Below, one piece after another: positions 1 through 8,579 of a DNA stretch of 64,000 nt (its first letter is position 1; each line of letters begins with the position of its first letter). Under the pieces are notes generated by a model, which did no database searches, had not been told where the DNA came from, and saw only the letters and a list, made by a program, of their open reading frames with translations. The position numbers and the translations under genes are program-made. Origin of the DNA: an uncultured Gammaproteobacteria bacterium (GTDB taxonomy: Bacteria; Patescibacteriota; Patescibacteriia; Veblenbacterales; UBA10138); contig CAYVOI010000001.1 in NCBI GenBank assembly GCA_964453605.1, forward strand, positions 102,276 to 166,275, in the 5' to 3' direction.

Positions 1-14
1 CGGCTAGCCTCGCC

Positions 15-1379
15 GTGCAGGTACTAGTGCAGCGCTATGACACAGCATATTCGGCAGCTCAGGTTAAACGGGCCGGTATTGAGGAGGCGAGTTTTATTGA
101 TCAGCAGCGTCTCCCCAGCGACGCCAGGGCGATAGCCCGTACGGTGCTCGCGTTCTACGACTACGTAGTCTACAGCGGAACGGTGATGCTATCGGAGCAG
201 GAGCGGCAGCTGGTAGTGGCGAAGACGACAGAGGTTGATGAGGGCGCAGAGCTAGGGGAACCTACCGCCTCGGCCAGTCAGCCCCCTCCTCCGCTGCCGC
301 CCACGGTTCAATTGTCTCCGCCCCCAGCCACACCCAGGGCCGTAGTACCTACACCAAGCGCAGTTCGGCCACAGCCGCGTACCGTCAGCTCGGCTAGCGG
401 CACACCACTGCCACCAGGTGTACCCGACGTACTTAAGATGGGCGAACCAGCTTTTTTCTTTGACCTTAGTGATGAGCGCGAGGCTGACCAGTTCCGCCAG
501 GCTAGCCCCCCGTGGGGGACCGCAGGTAACCTTGAGCAGCAGCTCAGGGCGTTGGCTGACCAGGTTATCACGGCCAATAAGTTCAGCTTCAAGGAAGAGG
601 TTTCGAAGCGGCGGTTCGTGAACCTATTTGTGTCGCGCCTCAAAGACGTGCGCAGCGTGGTGGATGCCCGTGAGCTACTCTTGAAGCCGGTAGCCTCGGG
701 CGGGTTAGGACTAGCGCCTGACAAAGCTGAGCAGGTGATTACAATCATCGAGCGTGCCAAGCAAGAGTTGGCAGCCCACCCCCTGCCCGCCACCCCGTTG
801 GCTAGCCTGCCGGTGGTGGTCCCGCCAGCTCCCGCTGCGCTGCCGGCTGGCCCAGTCATGCCAAGGTCAGAGGTGCCTGGTAGCCCGTCGGGTGCTGTGT
901 CACCCGCGACGTTGTCAGACTGGCGTACTGAGATGCTGGAGGAAATAGCGCGGTTAGCTCCTGAGGTGCCGCCAGCTACGGCCGGTAAACGTGAGTTGCC
1001 GCCCAGGCCCCAGGCCGAGCGCCCCCAGGTTATGGACGTCAAAGCTCCACCCCGAACTCTCGGACCCCTGGAGGAGCTTAAGACCTTAAGCCTCACCGAT
1101 TTTCGCCGACTCGACCCCTCGCCCGTGGAAGCGCTGGCGCACATACGCGCCAAAATAGATTTGATTGGTGAGGCCTCGGTTACCAGGCGCCTGCAAGCTA
1201 TCCGCGCCTGGCAGGCGGCGCCGCTGTACCAGCTCTACCTTATGGTCGGGCGTGAGTGCATCGAGCAGGGGAAGGTGGTAGCCCAGGTGGCGGCTGACCG
1301 TGAGGCGCGCGGCGAGCCAACGCTGAGCGAGGCTGAGTTCGATGCCATTGTCGATTTCAACACTAAGCTACGCTTCTAG
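15..1379 (+). CDS. proline-rich hypothetical protein, probably 5'-partial; first gene of the T4SS-like block
   Basis: The frame is open to the window edge and starts with GTG. There are long Pro/Ala-rich linkers (PPPPLPPTVQLSPPPATP) and a C-terminal globular segment. No recognisable catalytic motif. Confidence 0.45.
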   Translation: MQVLVQRYDTAYSAAQVKRAGIEEASFIDQQRLPSDARAIARTVLAFYDYVVYSGTVMLSEQERQLVVAKTTEVDEGAELGEPTASASQPPPPLPPTVQLSPPPATPRAVVPTPSAVRPQPRTVSSASGTPLPPGVPDVLKMGEPAFFFDLSDEREADQFRQASPPWGTAGNLEQQLRALADQVITANKFSFKEEVSKRRFVNLFVSRLKDVRSVVDARELLLKPVASGGLGLAPDKAEQVITIIERAKQELAAHPLPATPLASLPVVVPPAPAALPAGPVMPRSEVPGSPSGAVSPATLSDWRTEMLEEIARLAPEVPPATAGKRELPPRPQAERPQVMDVKAPPRTLGPLEELKTLSLTDFRRLDPSPVEALAHIRAKIDLIGEASVTRRLQAIRAWQAAPLYQLYLMVGRECIEQGKVVAQVAADREARGEPTLSEAEFDAIVDFNTKLRF

Positions 1380-1382
1380 TGT

Positions 1383-1826
1383 ATGGAGCAGTTCGTGGTA
1401 CCACAGTTTATAGATGTAGAGGATAAAATCATCGGACCTCTAACGGTGCGGCAGTTTATCATTATTATGGTGGTAGGCTTCTTCGTCTTCCTCGAGTTTC
1501 GGCTGGCCACGCTGGGTTTCTTTATTGTGGAAGCTGTGCTGAGCCTAGCAATTGGTGGGCTGTTCGCTTTTGGTAAGTTCAACGGCATGCCGTTCCACTA
1601 CTTTTTAGTGAACCTAGTGCAAACGCTCCGACGCCCTAAGCTGAGGGTGTGGCAACGCACTATTAGTACCTCGGACGTTGAGGAAGCGGTGCACCCGCCG
1701 GCTGAACTCGTGCGCGCCACGCCGCCGGCGCCAGCTAAGCCACTGCTCCAGGAGTCACGACTGCAGCAGCTGACGCTACAAGTTGATACCGGTGGTTCCT
1801 ACCACCCCGAAGAAGAGCCTAAGTAA
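1383..1826 (+). CDS. PrgI/VirB3-like small membrane protein of type IV secretion systems
   Basis: 147 aa, directly upstream of VirB4. N-terminal segment PQFIDVEDKIIGPLTVRQF is followed by a two-helix hydrophobic hairpin (IIIMVVGFFVFLEF...FFIVEAVLSLAIGGLFAF). This is typical of PrgI/VirB3-family proteins. Confidence 0.5.
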   Translation: MEQFVVPQFIDVEDKIIGPLTVRQFIIIMVVGFFVFLEFRLATLGFFIVEAVLSLAIGGLFAFGKFNGMPFHYFLVNLVQTLRRPKLRVWQRTISTSDVEEAVHPPAELVRATPPAPAKPLLQESRLQQLTLQVDTGGSYHPEEEPK

Positions 1827-1902
1827 ATTACCCCACTACCAAACGCCCGTAGTAACGCTGCGGCGTGGTATACTTACCCGGTAGCCTCCTCACCTCGTTC
1901 TC

Positions 1903-2595
1903 ATGGCAAAAAAAGGTAAAGCCAAACCCAAGAAACCAAAGGCCGGTCCGCCCACCAGCTCGTACCTCGAGATTGCTGAAATTCACGATAACTGCGTGGT
2001 CATGAAAGACGGCACGCTCAGGGCCCTGTTCTTGTGCTCGTCGGTGAACTTTGCCCTGAAGAGCGAGGACGAGCAGAACGCCACCATTCAGGCCTACGTG
2101 AGCTTTTTGAACTCACTCGATGCCCCGCTCCAAATTGTGGTGCAATCGCGCAAGCTTAACATCGACGGCTACCTCAGTAAGCTCGAAGCTATGGAGAAGA
2201 GCCAGGTGAACGAGCTCCTGCGAGTGCAAACCTCGGAGTACCTGGCCTACATTCGTGAGCTCATTAGCTTAGGCGACATCATGACCAAGCGGTTCTACGT
2301 CGTCGTGACCTACGACCACCGGTCAGACAAGCGCCGTAGCTTCTGGCGCCGCTTGCTCTCTGTTTTCACGGCGGCAGCCAGCATCAAACTGTCGCGCGAC
2401 GAGTTTGCCCGCTACGCCGAGGCGCTGGAGCGCCGCGCCGGCTACATCGTGTCTGGCCTGACCTCCATGGGCCTCAAAGTTGCCAGGCTCGACACCCAAG
2501 GCCTGATAGAGCTCTACTACACTACCTACAACCCCGAGCTTAGGGAGCGCCAGAAGCTGGTTGAGCTCGACAAGCTCCAGGTAGGTGCCAGCTAA
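1903..2595 (+). CDS. VirB4/TrbE N-terminal domain, encoded as a separate ORF (split gene or frameshift)
   Basis: The motif VVMKDGTLRALFLCSSVNFALKSEDEQ matches the conserved start of VirB4-family ATPases (vl.kDGsl.a.f.l.G.dfe..sdee). The ORF stops at TAA 2593-2595, overlapping the next ORF's start at 2585 in the +1 frame. Confidence 0.55.
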   Translation: MAKKGKAKPKKPKAGPPTSSYLEIAEIHDNCVVMKDGTLRALFLCSSVNFALKSEDEQNATIQAYVSFLNSLDAPLQIVVQSRKLNIDGYLSKLEAMEKSQVNELLRVQTSEYLAYIRELISLGDIMTKRFYVVVTYDHRSDKRRSFWRRLLSVFTAAASIKLSRDEFARYAEALERRAGYIVSGLTSMGLKVARLDTQGLIELYYTTYNPELRERQKLVELDKLQVGAS

Positions 2596-4483
2596 GCGTA
2601 CCGTACGTATGGCCATTACTGCCCGACAAGCTAGCGCTGAGCTGCAGCGTCCGGTGAGCACCCTGCCCCAGCCGGAAGAGCTTCCGCCCGCCAGCGAAAA
2701 AGAACTGCTGGAGGCCGAGCGCCTGCTCCGCGAAGGTTCGGTCAGGGTTCGTGATATCATCGCCCCCGCCAGCTTAAAGGTTACCCCCGATCACCTTGAG
2801 CTCAATGGGCTCTGGCTCCGGACGCTCTTCGTTATGACCTACCCCCGTTACATTTCGGTGGGCTGGTTTGCGCCCATTATCAACCTCAACGCCACCTTAG
2901 ACGTCAGTATGTTCTTCTACATGGTACCGTCGGAGATAATTTTGAAGCAGCTCAGGAACCGGGTGGGTGGCATTGAGGCGCAAATTGTAGCCGACCACGA
3001 AAAGGGTGCCCCCCGTGACCCTATTCGCGAAACCGCGCTTCGTGACATCGAGCAGCTCAGGGATTCGCTCACCCAGGGCACCGAGCGCTTTTTCCAGGTG
3101 GCCCTCTACGTCACGCTCTACGCTAAGGACAAGACCGAGCTCGACAAGCTGACGGAGGAGGTGGAGTCTATCTTCGGCTCCAAGCTGGTGTACTCCCGCC
3201 GGGCGCTCTGGCAAACTGAACAAGGGTTCAACTCCACGCTACCGCAAGCCACCGACGACCTGCAGATCTACTTCAACATGAACACCAGCCCGGCGGCTTC
3301 GAGCTTCCCCTTTATTTCCTCCGAGCTCACCTCGGACAGCGGCATTCTCTACGGCATCAACCGGCACAACAACTCACTCATTCTGTTTGACCGTTTTAGC
3401 TTGCAGAACGCCAACATGAGCGTGTTCGCCACGAGTGGCGCCGGTAAGAGCTACGCTGTGAAGCTCGAGGTGCTCAGGAGCCTCATGATGGGGACCGACG
3501 TTATCATCATCGACCCTGAAATGGAGTACAAGCACCTCAGTGAGGCGGTCGGAGGTGCTTACGTTAACATCTCGTTGAATTCAGAGTCTAAGATAAATCC
3601 GTTTGACCTGCCGCGACCAGTGGGTGACGTGAACACTGGTGACATTATCCGCTCGGCTGTGATAACCCTGAAAGGCCTGATGCGCTTAATGCTCGGGAGC
3701 TTAACCCACGTAGAGGATTCGCTTATCGACCGGGCACTCCTTGAAACCTACGCCAAGAAAGACATTACCCCGGCATCGGACCTCTCTAAAGTTGAAGCGC
3801 CGGTGATGGCCGACTTCCAGGAAGTGTTAGGTGGTATGCAGGGCGGTGAAGATTTGGCGCTCCGTTTGAAAAAGTACACCGAGGGTACGTTCGCTGGCCT
3901 CTTCAACAGCCCTACGAATGTTGACGTCAAAAACCAGTTGGTGGTGTTCTCAGTCAGGGACTTGGAAGATGAGCTCAGGCCCATCGCTATCTACACCATT
4001 GTGAACTACATTTGGAACGTGGTGCGGAGTGAGCTCAAGAAACGCTTACTCGTTATTGATGAGGCGTGGTGGCTGATGCAGAACGAGGACAGCGCTAAGT
4101 TCATTTTCGCGCTCGTGAAGCGCTGCCGTAAGTACTACCTCGGGGTGACCACCATTACGCAAGACGTTAACGACTTCTTAACCAGCCCTTATGGCCAGGC
4201 TATTGTGAACAACTCGGCGTTGCAGCTCTTGCTCAAGCAGTCACCCGCTGGCATAGACCTGGTGGTAAAAACGTTCCTCCTCACCGAGGGCGAAAAGTAC
4301 TTGCTCCTCGAGTGCGGCGTAGGTGAGGGCATTTTCTTTGCCGGCTCCAAGCACGCGGCTATTAAGGTGGTGGCCTCCTACACCGAGGACCAGCTCATAA
4401 CGAGCGACCCCCGGCAGCTCCTCGAAATTGAACAGGCCAAGAAAGAGTTTGAGGCCAGCCTCAAAGAACCGGACATTGGTTAA
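2585..4483 (+). CDS. virB4: VirB4/TrbE/CagE-family type IV secretion ATPase (core and C-terminal part)
   Basis: Walker A FATSGAGKSYAVK and Walker B LLVIDEAWWLM, where DEAW is the VirB4 hallmark. Also IIIDPEMEY and TITQDVNDF. With the upstream fragment the total is about 860 aa, typical for VirB4. Confidence 0.85.
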   Translation: MPAKRTVRMAITARQASAELQRPVSTLPQPEELPPASEKELLEAERLLREGSVRVRDIIAPASLKVTPDHLELNGLWLRTLFVMTYPRYISVGWFAPIINLNATLDVSMFFYMVPSEIILKQLRNRVGGIEAQIVADHEKGAPRDPIRETALRDIEQLRDSLTQGTERFFQVALYVTLYAKDKTELDKLTEEVESIFGSKLVYSRRALWQTEQGFNSTLPQATDDLQIYFNMNTSPAASSFPFISSELTSDSGILYGINRHNNSLILFDRFSLQNANMSVFATSGAGKSYAVKLEVLRSLMMGTDVIIIDPEMEYKHLSEAVGGAYVNISLNSESKINPFDLPRPVGDVNTGDIIRSAVITLKGLMRLMLGSLTHVEDSLIDRALLETYAKKDITPASDLSKVEAPVMADFQEVLGGMQGGEDLALRLKKYTEGTFAGLFNSPTNVDVKNQLVVFSVRDLEDELRPIAIYTIVNYIWNVVRSELKKRLLVIDEAWWLMQNEDSAKFIFALVKRCRKYYLGVTTITQDVNDFLTSPYGQAIVNNSALQLLLKQSPAGIDLVVKTFLLTEGEKYLLLECGVGEGIFFAGSKHAAIKVVASYTEDQLITSDPRQLLEIEQAKKEFEASLKEPDIG

Positions 4484-4503
4484 CGTAATTTCCCCCGTAC
4501 CCT

Positions 4504-5064
4504 ATGTGGCGAAAGATAGTGCCCCTAGCCGTTGGTGTACTCGTGGTGGCCGCGGCCGCCTGGTACTGGTTTGTGTACCTGGCGCCTGCTCCGGTGCAGC
4601 CTACAAATCCAGGCACAGCCAGCCAGGCCGTGAACCAACCAGGCCCTACACCTAGTACTAACCAGCCAGCCCAGGTTCAACCCGAACCGGTTGATCCAAC
4701 CTTAGGGTGGCGTGTGCTAGCTCAGAACTTTGCTGAGCGCTACGGCAGCTACTCTACCGATCTGCCGTTCCAGAACCTTAAGACCTTGAGCTCGCTGGTC
4801 ACACCCGCCTTTCAAGAACGTCTCAGCGCTCAGGTGGCAGGCGGTTCCACGGGCCCAGGGTTTTACAGCGTAACTACGCGAGCACTCATGGCAGAGAACC
4901 AAGCAGGTGGTACTGAGGGTATGACGGTAAACGTTTCCACCCAGCGCAGCGAACGCTTTAGCCGTGACGGTGCACCGCAGGTTTCGTACGCTGTGCTCCA
5001 GGTAGAGCTCAAACAGGTCAGCGGTACCTGGTTGGTAGATTCAGCTGCTTGGCAGAAGAAGTAA
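4504..5064 (+). CDS. bitopic membrane protein with Pro/Gln-rich linker and small C-terminal beta-rich domain (possibly VirB8-like, NTF2-like)
   Basis: N-terminal TM helix IVPLAVGVLVVAAAAWYWFVYL. The C-terminal domain is about 110 aa and ends YAVLQVELKQVSGTWLVDSAAW. Its position after VirB4 fits a VirB8 analogue. The assignment is by architecture only. Confidence 0.35.
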   Translation: MWRKIVPLAVGVLVVAAAAWYWFVYLAPAPVQPTNPGTASQAVNQPGPTPSTNQPAQVQPEPVDPTLGWRVLAQNFAERYGSYSTDLPFQNLKTLSSLVTPAFQERLSAQVAGGSTGPGFYSVTTRALMAENQAGGTEGMTVNVSTQRSERFSRDGAPQVSYAVLQVELKQVSGTWLVDSAAWQKK

Positions 5065-5082
5065 CTATTTTTCTTAGGTTAT

Positions 5083-5112
5083 ATTCTAATATTCCTAGGA
5101 ACATTGGAGTAA
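5083..5112. promoter_or_regulatory. operator-like repeat copy 1 containing the perfect palindrome TTCCTAGGAA, overlapping the promoter of the ArsR-like gene
   Basis: ATTCTAATATTCCTAGGAACATTGGAGTAA. A TATACT -10 hexamer follows about 3 bp downstream (about 5115-5120) and the gene ATG is at 5128. Confidence 0.45.
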
Positions 5113-5127
5113 TGGTATACTGTATTT

Positions 5128-5397
5128 ATGCAGAGCTACCGAAGTCTTGAGCGTCTGGTGAGAGGGTTCGCCAGTCATCGTCGAATTGAGATTATGGTGC
5201 TGCTGGGACGTGGGCTGGCGCTTACGGTGTTCGATGTGGCCGATAGGCTACGTATCAATTTTCGTACTGCCTCGGAACACCTGCGCCGTTTGTACACCGC
5301 CGGATTAGTCGGCAAGCGTAATCGTGGCGCGGCGGTAGAACATACGCTCACCGAGCAGGGGAGAGTTATTCTAAAGTTCCTAAGAACATTGGAATAA
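5128..5397 (+). CDS. ArsR/SmtB-type winged-helix transcriptional regulator
   Basis: 89 aa. HRRIEIMVLLGRGLALTVFDVADRLRINFRTASEHLRRLYTAGLV matches the ArsR HTH pattern (H..R..IL..L...E..V.EL.......S.HL..L...G.V). Confidence 0.6.
   Translation: MQSYRSLERLVRGFASHRRIEIMVLLGRGLALTVFDVADRLRINFRTASEHLRRLYTAGLVGKRNRGAAVEHTLTEQGRVILKFLRTLE
5368..5397. promoter_or_regulatory. operator-like repeat copy 2 (26/30 identical to copy 1) at the 3' end of the regulator gene, 16 bp upstream of the next ORF
   Basis: ATTCTAAAGTTCCTAAGAACATTGGAATAA. It encodes the regulator C-terminus and its stop codon, and immediately precedes the ATG at 5413. Confidence 0.45.
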
Positions 5398-5412
5398 GGT
5401 TTTTGAGATTGT

Positions 5413-5940
5413 ATGGCTGAGCAGGTACAAGCAGACACAACTGAAGACCTGGTTGAGCAAGCGCCGGCAGAGAGCGTTGAGCAACGTAATGAGCGTGAGC
5501 TCACGGAAACCCGCGCTAAGGCCAGCGTATTAGAGCGCGCACTTAAACTTGAGACAACGGGCGTCGACTCGCTCGACCAAGCAGCTAATAAAACTTCGCA
5601 GCAGTGGCTTGATGACACCAAGCTGGCGCTGCTGCCGCTGTTCTACCTCTACCTGCCGCTCTTGGCCATTTTTGTGATAGTCGTGATTGAGCTCATGCTA
5701 CCACTGTGGCGCAGCTCGTGGACTCTCCCTCTCTGGCGCAAGGTGGTGTACTGGGTCTACATTGTACTGTTTGTATTCCTGACCATAACAATCCTCGGGG
5801 CCCTGGCCTACCTCTACAAGCACCCCGACAAGTTTTGCACCTTGGTGTTGGACGGTACGTGGTGGGGGGCCGTGCCTGGGGTTAAGCAGGCCGGGTGCAG
5901 TGTTTTTGGTTGGTTGTTCAATTTGTTCAAGCCCGGCTAG
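5413..5940 (+). CDS. membrane protein: acidic N-terminal region plus three or four TM helices
   Basis: Acidic or coiled N-terminus, then LALLPLFYLYLPLLAIFVIVVIELMLPLW and VVYWVYIVLFVFLTITILGALAYLY. No known motif. Confidence 0.45.
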   Translation: MAEQVQADTTEDLVEQAPAESVEQRNERELTETRAKASVLERALKLETTGVDSLDQAANKTSQQWLDDTKLALLPLFYLYLPLLAIFVIVVIELMLPLWRSSWTLPLWRKVVYWVYIVLFVFLTITILGALAYLYKHPDKFCTLVLDGTWWGAVPGVKQAGCSVFGWLFNLFKPG

Positions 5941-5972
5941 GAATTTTTGAGCTGAGCGGGTATGATTAAGCT

Positions 5973-7262
5973 ATGAGGCAACGTTTGAGCGCAGCTGTGG
6001 TCGGTAGCATAGCCCTGGGGCTGTTCTCGGCAGCACTCTTAGCACCAGCGCCGGCTGGCGCCGTTTCATGCCAGTGTTTTGAGGCAGCAGCAGATACCCA
6101 GAGTAACGTTGCGGTACCTATTAATGGTGGTAACCCCTACTGTGCCCAGGTTACCTCGATTACTGATTGTAGTCCGAAACATTTCGGTTTGCAGTCACAG
6201 CGGATTGAATCCACTAGCGATTTTGGCTTTGGTACTACCTATACGACCTCCTGTCTTAGCTACCGCGATAATGCCTGCAAAATACTGGTGGGGAGCGTCG
6301 CTGACCCCCGTTCAATATTCAACCCCTGTTGGACCAAAGACCAGTGCCAGGCTGCGGATGGTGATTTTGATGACAGTGGCAAAGACTCTCCGAGCTGTGA
6401 ACCGTTTGCGGGTCAGCCAACGGCCCGGTGCTTTGTGAAACCACCACTCATTAAACTGCAAATCCCTATCCCTGGGCTGGGGGACACGGTTCAGGGCGGG
6501 TTCCCTGAGTACCTAGCCGCGTTCTATAAGTTTTTTGTGGCTCTTCTCGCCGTAGCTTCTGTAGTCATGGTGATGTGGGGTGGGTTCAAGCGCATTATGG
6601 CCGTAGGCAGCCCGGAAAAAATAAAAGACGCCAACGACGCCATAGCCGGTGCTATCACCGGTTTGGTTCTCGTGCTCATTTCTTACTCACTGCTGGCGCT
6701 CCTTAACCCACGGCTGGTTACCTCTACCAGGCTTACCTTGGACAAGGTAAAAACGCAACTGTTCGGTAACTGGTGCCCCGCTACTGACCCGACAAACAAA
6801 AACATACAGTACCAGTGTGGCGATAAGGCTACCATAGAGGGTCAAGCCTGTGTGGGGAGCGCGTGTCCCATAAGCGGTACGGGCTGCTACAAGGTGAGTG
6901 ATTCCGGGGGAGTTGATAGTACGGGCCGCTTTACTGACTACCAGTGCTTAACGCCAGAAGACGCTTGCAATAGCGTACTACGAGGTACGGCGCTGAGAAT
7001 TCATGGTGCCAAAGATAACTATAGCGGCTACCAGGCGGTTTGCAGCAGCTTTAACCGCTCTATCGCAGGTCAGCAGTATTTGTGTCTATGGCAAGGTGGG
7101 GCGGAAAAATGCCAGTGGTATACACCTGCCAATATCGCGCAGGTGTGTGCTGATCATTCAGGTTGCTCGGCATTCAGTGCCGGTGGTAATTTGAAGGGTT
7201 TTTGTACATTTGATTTGTGTAATCGGGGCTGTAAGATTGATGGAGCTGCTTGTAAACCCTAG
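5973..7262 (+). CDS. secreted cysteine-rich protein with a central VirB2/TrbC-like hydrophobic hairpin module (paralog 1)
   Basis: Signal peptide MRQRLSAAVVGSIALGLFSAALLAPAPAGA. About 30 Cys residues flank a 65-aa module YKFFVALLAVASVVMVMWGGFKRIMAVGSPEKIKDANDAIAGAITGLVLVLISYSLLALLNPRL. This module is shared with the ORF at 9247. Confidence 0.55.
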   Translation: MRQRLSAAVVGSIALGLFSAALLAPAPAGAVSCQCFEAAADTQSNVAVPINGGNPYCAQVTSITDCSPKHFGLQSQRIESTSDFGFGTTYTTSCLSYRDNACKILVGSVADPRSIFNPCWTKDQCQAADGDFDDSGKDSPSCEPFAGQPTARCFVKPPLIKLQIPIPGLGDTVQGGFPEYLAAFYKFFVALLAVASVVMVMWGGFKRIMAVGSPEKIKDANDAIAGAITGLVLVLISYSLLALLNPRLVTSTRLTLDKVKTQLFGNWCPATDPTNKNIQYQCGDKATIEGQACVGSACPISGTGCYKVSDSGGVDSTGRFTDYQCLTPEDACNSVLRGTALRIHGAKDNYSGYQAVCSSFNRSIAGQQYLCLWQGGAEKCQWYTPANIAQVCADHSGCSAFSAGGNLKGFCTFDLCNRGCKIDGAACKP

Positions 7263-7265
7263 TCT

Positions 7266-8516
7266 ATGTTCGCAAACCTTGATCGCAAGAAAGTCTTGTT
7301 GGTAGCTGGCGTAGCGCTGGCGGTAGCAGTTCTGGTTTGGCTGGTGCTTAGGCTCTTAGCTAAACCACAACCCCCGCAGCCGCCCGTGAACCAGAACCTC
7401 AACCGCCCGGTGAACTTTCCGGTTGGTGTGAACGGCAACCTGAACGTTAGCCCAATCGGTGGCACCAACTTGCCGCTCGCTAACGGTAATGTGAATGTAC
7501 CTGGTGGACCTGGCGGTAGCCCGGTAGCTAGCGGCGGGCCTACGGCTACGGCGGCTATTACCTCCGGCCCGGCGCTGGCCCCCACCGCTGGCGCGGCTGG
7601 CTCCGTACGCTACTACAACCCCACCGATGGTAAGTTCTACGAACTTCTGGGCGGTACCGCGCATACCTTGAGCGACGCTTCGTACCCTGAGGCACAAAAC
7701 ATTACCTGGTCGCCACAGAAGAGCAGTGCTATTCTAGAGTTTCCCGATGGCGCTAAGGTGCTGTACGATTTTGACAAACACAAGCAGTTCACCTTACCCA
7801 AAGAAATGACCGAGTTTTCCTTTGCACCCGACGGACAGAAAATCGCTGGTAAGTACCTGGGTACCAACCCAGCTAACAACTGGATAACAACGGTGAACCC
7901 CGACGGCTCCGGCCTTACCGGGGTTGAGCCGATGGGAGAGAACGCCGACAAGGTGGAGGTAGCTTGGTCGCCCAATAACCAGGTGGTTGCCCTGTCGCGC
8001 ACCGGCGACCCGGCGGGCTTGTTCCAGCAGAACGTGCTCCTCATAGGGTTCCACGGCGAGAACTTTCGGCAGCTGACGGTCGACGGGCGTGGCTTTGACG
8101 CCCGCTGGACGCCCGATGGTAATCGGCTGCTGTACTCGGTTTACAGCGACACCACCAACTACCAGCCCACTCTCTACCTGGCCGATGCCAGTGCCGACCG
8201 CGTGGGGGCCAACAAGCAGGCGCTCCAGCTTAATACCTGGGTGGATAAGTGCACAGTTGAGGGCGGTGTGGCGTACTGTGCTGTGCCAACACAGCTGCCC
8301 CAGGGTGCCGCGTTCAGCCGCGAGCTAGCAGCCGGCACGCCCGATTACATTTACCGCATAGACCTGGCCACTGGCGGTACTACCTTGGTGGCTCAGCCGC
8401 TGGGGCAAAACGGTGCTGGGCTCACCGCCAGTAACCTGACCGTGGCTGGCGATGGCAGTATGCTCTACTTTACCGATAGCCAGGGAACCTTGCGGAGCGT
8501 GAAGCTAAAGCCGTAG
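7266..8516 (+). CDS. membrane-anchored TolB-like beta-propeller (PD40/WD40-like repeats) protein
   Basis: N-terminal TM anchor and a Pro/Asn-rich linker. Repeated units of the form W(S/T)PDG...(L/I)...: ITWSPQKSSAILEF, FSFAPDGQKIAGKY, VAWSPNNQVVALSR, ARWTPDGNRLLYSV. Confidence 0.55.
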   Translation: MFANLDRKKVLLVAGVALAVAVLVWLVLRLLAKPQPPQPPVNQNLNRPVNFPVGVNGNLNVSPIGGTNLPLANGNVNVPGGPGGSPVASGGPTATAAITSGPALAPTAGAAGSVRYYNPTDGKFYELLGGTAHTLSDASYPEAQNITWSPQKSSAILEFPDGAKVLYDFDKHKQFTLPKEMTEFSFAPDGQKIAGKYLGTNPANNWITTVNPDGSGLTGVEPMGENADKVEVAWSPNNQVVALSRTGDPAGLFQQNVLLIGFHGENFRQLTVDGRGFDARWTPDGNRLLYSVYSDTTNYQPTLYLADASADRVGANKQALQLNTWVDKCTVEGGVAYCAVPTQLPQGAAFSRELAAGTPDYIYRIDLATGGTTLVAQPLGQNGAGLTASNLTVAGDGSMLYFTDSQGTLRSVKLKP

Positions 8517-8579
8517 GTGGGCTGAAGCACTACCCGGTCTGTGTTCAGGCTCGGGCTGGTTTAGTGATATGATAGAGCT

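Noticed and set aside
308-1153. 281-aa ORF on the minus strand inside the proline-rich gene
   Set aside because: It lies fully antisense to a longer ORF in GC-rich, Pro/Ala-codon-rich DNA, a classic shadow ORF. It has no start context or motifs.
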